64,000 bases of DNA from an uncultured delta proteobacterium (lineage in GTDB: Bacteria; Desulfobacterota; RBG-13-43-22), in assembly GCA_963711835.1 (NCBI GenBank), contig CAVQFQ010000017.1:352001-416000 (forward strand), read 5' to 3'. The stretch's first letter is position 1; each line of letters opens with the position of its first letter. Below, one piece after another: positions 57,440 to 64,000 of the stretch. The notes beneath the pieces were generated by a model. The model made no database searches, was not told where the DNA came from, and saw nothing but the letters and a program-made list of their open reading frames with translations. Both the position numbers and the translations under genes were made by a program.

Positions 57440-58852
57440 TTAACGGTACTTTTCCTGTTTAAATAATAAGAGTAGAAAGATAAAACCCTTACGGATAAGC
57501 TCCCAGGATTTATTGGGATTGAAGACCATAGTCATATAGCGGAAAAGGATCTTGGGTTGGAGATAAAACTGGCGGTAGATCCCTTTTACGGCTGCCTGCA
57601 GCTCTTCAGCCGAGATGCCCGGTGGGGTATACCCAACCCGGTAAAGGTCCATATCTTTCCAGCGGACGACCCGATCGCCGATAAGGTCCTGAAAGGCCTT
57701 GGAACCTGGAATGGGGGCAAAGAAACTGATGTGAAGGTCGTCGAGAGGGATCCGTTTAATGAGCGCCTTGGTTTCGGCAATCGAGGCTTGGTCTTCCGGA
57801 GGAGAGCCGACGATGAGATAGGCCCGGATTCGTATCCCCCATTTGTGGGTCAGGCGAACGGCCTTTTCAATATCGGGTACGCTGATTTTCTTATTAAAAT
57901 AGTCCAGGATCCTCTGAGAGCCGGTTTCAATGCCATAGGAAATCTGCCAACAACCGGAGGCCTTCATCATCCGCAGGGAGTCATCGGTTACGGTATCAAT
58001 ACGGCTTTCACAGGACCAGGACACCCGGACCTTGGCCCGGTCCAGCTCCTGAACGAAGGCCATCAGCCGCTGCTTGTTATAGGTAAACAAATCATCATAG
58101 AAGCTGACTTCCCGGACCCCATACCGTTCCTGATAGAACCGAATCATGTCCACCACGTACTGGGGAGAGAAGGCCCGAACCCGATGGCCGAAAACGCTCT
58201 GATCGCAGAAGGTGCAAGAAAAAGGACAGCCCCTGGAGGTGACCAGAGAAACCACCGGCTTTTTGAGGTAATTGTTCGGTGTCGGTTGGTACAAGTCCGG
58301 GAAACCCTCCAGGAGGTCCAGGGCCGGGTAGGGCAGTTGATCCAAATCCCGGATCTGAGCGCGCTTCTTGGTCAGGACCGGTTGCCCCTGATCCCGGAAG
58401 ACAAGCCCATCGACCTCATGGTAATCCCGGCCGGGATCTTCCATCAATTCCAGCAGCGTGTCCTCGCCCTCGCCGACGACCCCCAGGTCAAAGGCAGGAA
58501 ATTCTTCCATGGTCTGGATCGGCATGGCCGACATATGGGAGCCGCCGATGATGGTGGTCACCTGTTCTAAGCGGGCCTTTATTTTTTGAGCACACTGATG
58601 GGCACTTTCGATGAAGGAGGTCGTGGCCGTAATCCCCACAAAATCAGGGCCGATTCGGCCGACCAGATCGACCACCGCCTCGGGGGAAATACCCCGGTTC
58701 AAGGCATCGATTAGAAAGACCGGGTGCCCTTTGGCCCGGAGATAAGCGGCCAGGCTGCACAACCCGAGAGGGGGAAGTTTACTGCCCAGTTTGACCTCCC
58801 AATAAAAATCCTTGAGATCAATGGGTGGATTAATAAGACAAATTTTCTTCAC
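57440..58852 (-). CDS. Cobalamin-binding radical SAM protein (class B methyltransferase-like)
   Basis: PPLGL..LAAYL, GGSH, GEGE, SRGCPFSCTFC, YGIETG. Confidence 0.92.
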   Translation of the reverse strand: MKKICLINPPIDLKDFYWEVKLGSKLPPLGLCSLAAYLRAKGHPVFLIDALNRGISPEAVVDLVGRIGPDFVGITATTSFIESAHQCAQKIKARLEQVTTIIGGSHMSAMPIQTMEEFPAFDLGVVGEGEDTLLELMEDPGRDYHEVDGLVFRDQGQPVLTKKRAQIRDLDQLPYPALDLLEGFPDLYQPTPNNYLKKPVVSLVTSRGCPFSCTFCDQSVFGHRVRAFSPQYVVDMIRFYQERYGVREVSFYDDLFTYNKQRLMAFVQELDRAKVRVSWSCESRIDTVTDDSLRMMKASGCWQISYGIETGSQRILDYFNKKISVPDIEKAVRLTHKWGIRIRAYLIVGSPPEDQASIAETKALIKRIPLDDLHISFFAPIPGSKAFQDLIGDRVVRWKDMDLYRVGYTPPGISAEELQAAVKGIYRQFYLQPKILFRYMTMVFNPNKSWELIRKGFIFLLLLFKQEKYR

Positions 58853-58858
58853 AGGTGT

Positions 58859-59656
58859 TTACTCCTTTGGCCCCCCGCTTTCCACTTTCTGAAAGCGGTT
58901 ATACTTCCGCAGGAGATAAGCGATTCGGAACAGAAATAATAATTCGGAGAGAATGGTAAAGGATCCTTTAAAAAAGGGTAATTTGGTTTTACCCTTTTGC
59001 CGCCAGCGATAGGGCGTTATAACCTCCTTAGCGGGCAAACCCAGCTTGGTTACCAGGACAAAAACAGGGATTCCGTAAAGGACCCGGGAAAACGGGTTGA
59101 GGTCATATTGGCCCCCCAACTCCCGCACGGCAATCAGATGTTCCCGGGATATGGCGATGTAGCCGTTGGTATGATCATTAATCCCAGTCTGGACCAGGTG
59201 TTTGGTGGTAAAGTTAACAATCCGGGTGGCGAGATGGCGGATCCAACTGGTTGTAATACTGGAACCCTTGACAAATCGGCTTCCGGCGGCCACATAGCCT
59301 TCTCTTACGGCAGCCAACATCATCGGGAGATGGTCCGGCGGATGGGATAAGTCGGCATCCATAGTAACGATGATCGTTCCCCGGGCGTTATTTATACCCC
59401 GTTCGTAAGCGCTGGCAATCCCGAATTTTCCAAAGCGGGCGATCAGGCGGATATTTCCGAACCGGGCAGCCAGACCCCGCACCGCCTCCCCGGTTCCGTC
59501 CTTGCTGTTGTCATCGACCACAATGATTTCTCCCCGCAGTCCCTCGGCCTGAAAAACGGCTTCGACAGTCTGGATCAGGTCGGCAACATTTTCGCGTTCA
59601 TTGTAAGTTACCGTTACGACGGAGACGTCCAGCCTATCGTCCATAAAGCCCCTCAC
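58859..59656 (-). CDS. GT2 polyprenol-phosphate glycosyltransferase (DPM1-like) 2
   Basis: TYNEREN, VVDDNSKDGT, MDADLSH, GSRF. Confidence 0.9.
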   Translation of the reverse strand: MRGFMDDRLDVSVVTVTYNERENVADLIQTVEAVFQAEGLRGEIIVVDDNSKDGTGEAVRGLAARFGNIRLIARFGKFGIASAYERGINNARGTIIVTMDADLSHPPDHLPMMLAAVREGYVAAGSRFVKGSSITTSWIRHLATRIVNFTTKHLVQTGINDHTNGYIAISREHLIAVRELGGQYDLNPFSRVLYGIPVFVLVTKLGLPAKEVITPYRWRQKGKTKLPFFKGSFTILSELLFLFRIAYLLRKYNRFQKVESGGPKE

Positions 59657-60740
59657 GGATCATTTCGGCCAGATAGTCCAGATCCTCCGGTTGGAGACGG
59701 GGGGAACAACTGACATAGAAGCCGTTAAGACCTATCTGCTCGGCGACGGGAAACAGCTCCGGATAAGGGCCGAAGCGTTTTTCGAAAAAGGGCTGGCGGG
59801 ACATGGGTCCGAACATGGGTCGGGTTTCAATCCCCTTCTCGTTCAGAAAACGACAGAGGGCATCACGTCGGTTGGGCTTCTTCAAGAGGATGGGATAACT
59901 GAAATAGATAGGCTCGGCATAGCCCATCTCCCTGGGCAACTGAAGCTCCTCCAGGTCAGCCAGTTTCCCGTTCAAAACAGCGGCATTCTCCCGCCTTTTT
60001 TCAATGCTTTTAGGAAGCTTATCCATCTGAGCCAGGCCGATGGCCGCCTGGACATTGCTTAATTTGAAATTGTGCCCGTAGAGTATGTGGTAAAAAGGCC
60101 GGTCCGGATCCTGGCCATGATGGCGAATGATCCGGGCCAGTTGAGCCAGTTGGGCGTCCTGAGTCACCAGCATGCCCCCCTCGCCGGTAGTAATCATCTT
60201 GTTGGCATAAAAAGAGAAACAGCCGGCGGATCCCAGGGTGCTGACATAACGGCCCCGGTATTTTGCCCCCATGGCCACGGCACAATCCTCAATGATAGGC
60301 AGTCGATATTTCTCGGCTAAGCCCCGGATAGGATCCATATCACAAGGATGGCCATAGAGATGAACCGGCAACAAAGCGCCTGTCTGCTCGGTAATATGGG
60401 ACTCGATCTGTCCCGCATCTATATTATAGGTGGCCTCTTCCACCTCGACAAAAATTGGTTTGCAGCCGGCGTGTAAAATGGCATTCAGGGTAGGCACACA
60501 GGAAGCCACGGAAGTGACAATTTCTTTTCCCTCCAGATCCAGGGCCCGCAGGGCGACCTCCACGGCCGCTGTCCCGGAAGACACGGCAACGCCCTGTCCG
60601 GCCCCCAGATAATCGGCCACTCGTCTTTCAAATTCCTCCACCTCCGGACCACGGGCCAGCCAGCCTGATCGGACCACTGCGGCTACCGCCTGCACTTCCG
60701 CTTCGTCAATCCAAGGTTCGGATACCGGTATTTTTCTCAT
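59634..60740 (-). CDS. DegT/DnrJ aminotransferase 2
   Basis: SSGTAA, PVHLYG, EDCA, SFYANKMITTGEGG, GHNFK. Confidence 0.92.
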   Translation of the reverse strand: MRKIPVSEPWIDEAEVQAVAAVVRSGWLARGPEVEEFERRVADYLGAGQGVAVSSGTAAVEVALRALDLEGKEIVTSVASCVPTLNAILHAGCKPIFVEVEEATYNIDAGQIESHITEQTGALLPVHLYGHPCDMDPIRGLAEKYRLPIIEDCAVAMGAKYRGRYVSTLGSAGCFSFYANKMITTGEGGMLVTQDAQLAQLARIIRHHGQDPDRPFYHILYGHNFKLSNVQAAIGLAQMDKLPKSIEKRRENAAVLNGKLADLEELQLPREMGYAEPIYFSYPILLKKPNRRDALCRFLNEKGIETRPMFGPMSRQPFFEKRFGPYPELFPVAEQIGLNGFYVSCSPRLQPEDLDYLAEMIREGLYGR

Positions 60741-60903
60741 AGTAGAATAGTCCCTAAATTAGGATTCAGCAGCATGAGCGATGCCTAATATAAAGCGGAT
60801 GAAAAGTCAAGTTTTCTTTTTTAGTCAGACAGATAGCTCAATGGGCGCCTTCGAGCCGGAAGGCAATCGCCCGCGATCTATCGGTGAACCGCCGGCCAAG
60901 CCC

Positions 60904-61998
60904 TTACCCGTCAATAAATTGCTTAATATGTTCGATTACGGTGCTTATTTGTTCCGAAGTTAACGTGGCGGCTGAGGGAAGGCTGATACCCTGTTCGGAA
61001 ATCGCTTTGCTTACCGGGAAGAAGCCCCCTCCCTGATAAAAAGGCATATCGGGTATGGGATAAAACAAAGGACGGCTTTCCACCTGGGATCGATGGAGGT
61101 AGTCAATCAGATCATCGCGCTTTTTGCCGGTTTCAGGGCGAACCAGGATCGAGTAAAGCCAGAAAACATTTTTGGCCCAGGTTTCCTCGGGAGGCAGGAC
61201 GATCCCGGTCACCTTTTCAAATCCTTGGGCATAGGCCTGAGCCACCCTTCTCTTCTGAGCAATCAGGTGATCCAGTTTTTTCATCTGTCCCAGGCCGATG
61301 GCGGCTTGAATGTTAGTCATGCGATAATTATAGCCGAGGATGGGATGCCAGTATTTCCTTTCTTTGGACATCCCGTGATCGCGAAGGATTCGGGCCCGCT
61401 CGGTCCACTCCGGATTGTTGGTGACGACCATCCCCCCTTCTCCGGTGGTGATGATCTTGTTGCCATAAAAGCTGAAACAACCCATATGGCCTATCGAACC
61501 GGCCTTCTTTCCTTTATATTCGGCACCATGGGCCTCCGCAGCATCCTCAATGACCCAGAGCCCGTAGGCAGAGGCTATTTCCAAAATAGGGTCCATATCG
61601 GCCGGATGACCGTAGAGGTGAACCGGTAATATCCCCTTGGTCCGCTGCGTAATCAGGTCCTTTAAGGCCCCGGGATCCATGGTCCAGGTCCGGGCATCCA
61701 CCTCGACAAAAACAGGCTTGGCCCCGCAATAACTTACGGCATTGGCCGTAGCAATGAAACTCAAAGCCGGTACCAAGACTTCATCGCCCGGACTTAACCC
61801 CAGGGTCGCTAAAGCCAGGTGTAGGGCCGCGGTTCCGTTGGAGGTGGCAATTCCATACCCGCTTCCGCAATACCCGGCAAAGGTGTTTTCAAATTCAGGG
61901 ATATAGGACCCCTGGGATGAAATCCAGCCGGTTTTCAGGCAATCCAAGACCAGGTCGATTTCTTGATTATCAATGAGAGGTTCCATGATGGGAATCAT
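60904..61998 (-). CDS. DegT/DnrJ aminotransferase (perosamine synthase-like) 3
   Basis: WISSQG, NGTAALH, EDAAEAHG, SFYGNKIITTGEGG, GYNYR. Confidence 0.92.
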   Translation of the reverse strand: MIPIMEPLIDNQEIDLVLDCLKTGWISSQGSYIPEFENTFAGYCGSGYGIATSNGTAALHLALATLGLSPGDEVLVPALSFIATANAVSYCGAKPVFVEVDARTWTMDPGALKDLITQRTKGILPVHLYGHPADMDPILEIASAYGLWVIEDAAEAHGAEYKGKKAGSIGHMGCFSFYGNKIITTGEGGMVVTNNPEWTERARILRDHGMSKERKYWHPILGYNYRMTNIQAAIGLGQMKKLDHLIAQKRRVAQAYAQGFEKVTGIVLPPEETWAKNVFWLYSILVRPETGKKRDDLIDYLHRSQVESRPLFYPIPDMPFYQGGGFFPVSKAISEQGISLPSAATLTSEQISTVIEHIKQFIDG

Positions 61999-62377
61999 TG
62001 CTGCAAGACCTCAGAGTTCAGGGGCCGGCCCGATTCGGGAAGGATAGTCCCCAAGGCCCCTTACAATTTCAGGATTTGTCCAGACTGCTTTTAAGCATCT
62101 TTGTAAATTAGTTAATTTACCTGAGAGAAACAATATTTTCAAGAGATTACCGGCCCGGATTATCGGACTATGGCCCTTTATATCCTAACCCATTAAAATA
62201 ATGAATAAAAAAAATAAAAAGGGATGCTATTTTCCAAATTCTATGATAGACAATTAGCGGGAAAGAGGGCTCTCTTTGGGGAAGGGATGGCTTAAGGACG
62301 GCCCTTTATCATCGGGGATCCGGTTCCTGTTTAAACCTCATCCGTCCGAGAGGCACCATTAAGGGGGGAAAACTCCT

Positions 62378-64000
62378 GTGAGTGAAAAACGAGCTCGGGA
62401 CTGGCTGAAAGATAGTTTTATTTTGTTATTTTTGGCCGGCCTGGTCCTGATAAAATTCTGGGATTTCCTCGTTCCCGGGGATAAGCTGTTTTGGGGGGGG
62501 GGATTTTATTGAGATCACCTCCCCGAGGAATGCCTTTTATCAAAGTCTCCGGAAGGGATTCCTCATCCTTTGGGATACCCAGATCGGGGCCGGTATGCCC
62601 TATTTAGCCGAAGACTATGGGGTTTTCTATCCGATAGATCTGCTTATGGGGATGTTATATCCCAACTATTTTGATCCCTATCGACTCTCCGTTATCCACG
62701 CCCTGCATTTTTGGCTCGCAGGGGTGTTTATGTATCTCTATACCCGGCAACTGGACTTTTCCCGCATCCCCGCTTTACTGAGTTCCATCTGTTTGATGCT
62801 GGGGGGGTTTTTAATGGGCCATGCCGGACAAAGAAATGTGGTCGAAACCTATATCTGGCTCCCCCTGATCCTCACCTTTTTAGACAAGGCCCTCCTTCAA
62901 CGCCGGATAGTCTGGGCTGTCTTGGCCGGGTTGTTCCTGGCCGTCTCCTTTCTGGCCGGTCATCCCAATTTTTTTTATTTTATTCTTTTATTTGTTGCCT
63001 TCTATTTCCTTTTTAGACTGGTCCAAAGGATCGGGGATAAAGCCTGGAAAATGATGGCCTGGGATACCTCCTGCTTCCTGGTTTTTGGTTTGATTTGTCT
63101 CGGGGTTTCAGCCATCCAGTTACTGCCCTTATTGTCTACCAGTCTCAACACCCACCATGGAGCCCTGCCTTTTGAATGGAAGGCCGTTTATCCTTTTCCC
63201 CTTTTTAACCTGGCCCATTTAGTGATCCCCGGGGTTACCCAATGGACCGCCACGGACATTGGAGAACAATACGCTTACATCGGATTTCTTCCTTTACTGT
63301 TGGCCGGCTGGGCCATTTTACAAGGGAAAGATATCAGGGTCCGGTTCTTGGGTTTGGTCGTCCTTTTTTCTTTTATCGCTTCCTTGGGAGACCTGACTCC
63401 CCTGTACAAGCTCCTTTATGACCACCTGCCCGGACTGGATCAATTCCGTATCCCGGCCCGCTTTAATACCCTGATCATTTTCCCTCTGGCCCTTCTGGCT
63501 GGATTCGGATTTCAACGATTTTTTGGAGAGGGGAACCGGGAGGAGATCCAAAAGCGTCTAAAATCCATTAAAAGGTTGCTGGCCGGCTCCCTGGGAGTGG
63601 GATTGTTGATCCTGATTTGGGTTGGATTCTCCTTGCCCCCTCTTGAGCAGGGCACCGGACTCCTGGGACCCTGGATAAAACTGAAGGGAGCCTTCATCGG
63701 ATTTTTCTTAATCTGGGGGGCATCCTATATCCTGATCTCATTGAGGAATAGGAACTTCTCGCAGAGGTGGTCCAAGGTCTCCCTGGTCTTTCTGATCAGC
63801 CTCGATTTACTTTTTTTGGGCCGCCTTGACGGAAACTATTCAAGAAACAATCCAACCGGCCTTTCTCCCCAGGCTCACGAGGTTATTCGGGAGATTAAAA
63901 AGGACCCTTCCCTTTATAGAATAAGCAATATCGACCGCTGGTTATCCCCTTTCTGGTGTTATCAGGAAGGCCTTTCCGCCTATGATCTGGAAAACCTTTT
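62378..64000 (+). CDS. YfhO-like GT-C membrane glycosyltransferase, frameshifted at a G10 tract and truncated by the window end
   Basis: GTG at 62378; with G9 the frame reads WGGDFIE...LWDTQIGAGMPYLAE..FYP...AGHP...AIQLLP...FRIPARF; many TM segments. Confidence 0.8.

Noticed and set aside
57557-58570. Long antisense ORFs (here, 32532-33410, 16040-16774, 27443-28132 and others)
   Set aside because: Shadow ORFs opposite well-supported genes, with no recognisable motifs.

Overview
A 64-kb bacterial window. Gene content (FprA/rubredoxin, ferredoxin-thioredoxin reductase, SelA, YedF, Xsc, LarA-like) suggests an anaerobe, probably Desulfobacterota/deltaproteobacterial; this is an inference. In order it holds: a truncated GltD-like Fe-S flavoprotein; a DUF853 ATPase; a LemA/TPM cluster; a fused TIGR04282/TIGR04283 transferase; a redox/Fe-S cluster (Grx, FTR, IscU, lysine-less IscS, CopZ, rubredoxin, FixL-like kinase, FprA); an island of secreted proteins broken by frameshifts; hbd, yqgE, yedF and a Na/Pi cotransporter; a CoA-transferase-GNAT fusion; an SDR/ThDP-lyase/MFS/SDR/Xsc/crotonase cluster; a HEAT protein, phosphoesterase, tatA, recJ and selA; a PurF-like protein lacking Cys1; a Liv-type ABC transporter with a LarA-like gene; and a GDP-perosamine/polyprenol-sugar/GT-C glycosylation locus. 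No rRNA, tRNA, CRISPR array or transposase was recognised. The most striking unexplained signal is non-coding. A ~210-220-nt element with a long covarying terminal stem and a conserved core occurs four times (plus a fragment). It is nested inside two different outer inverted-repeat elements and lies in both orientations relative to the same outer flanks. All alignments were done by eye, and coordinates of non-coding elements may be off by a few bases.
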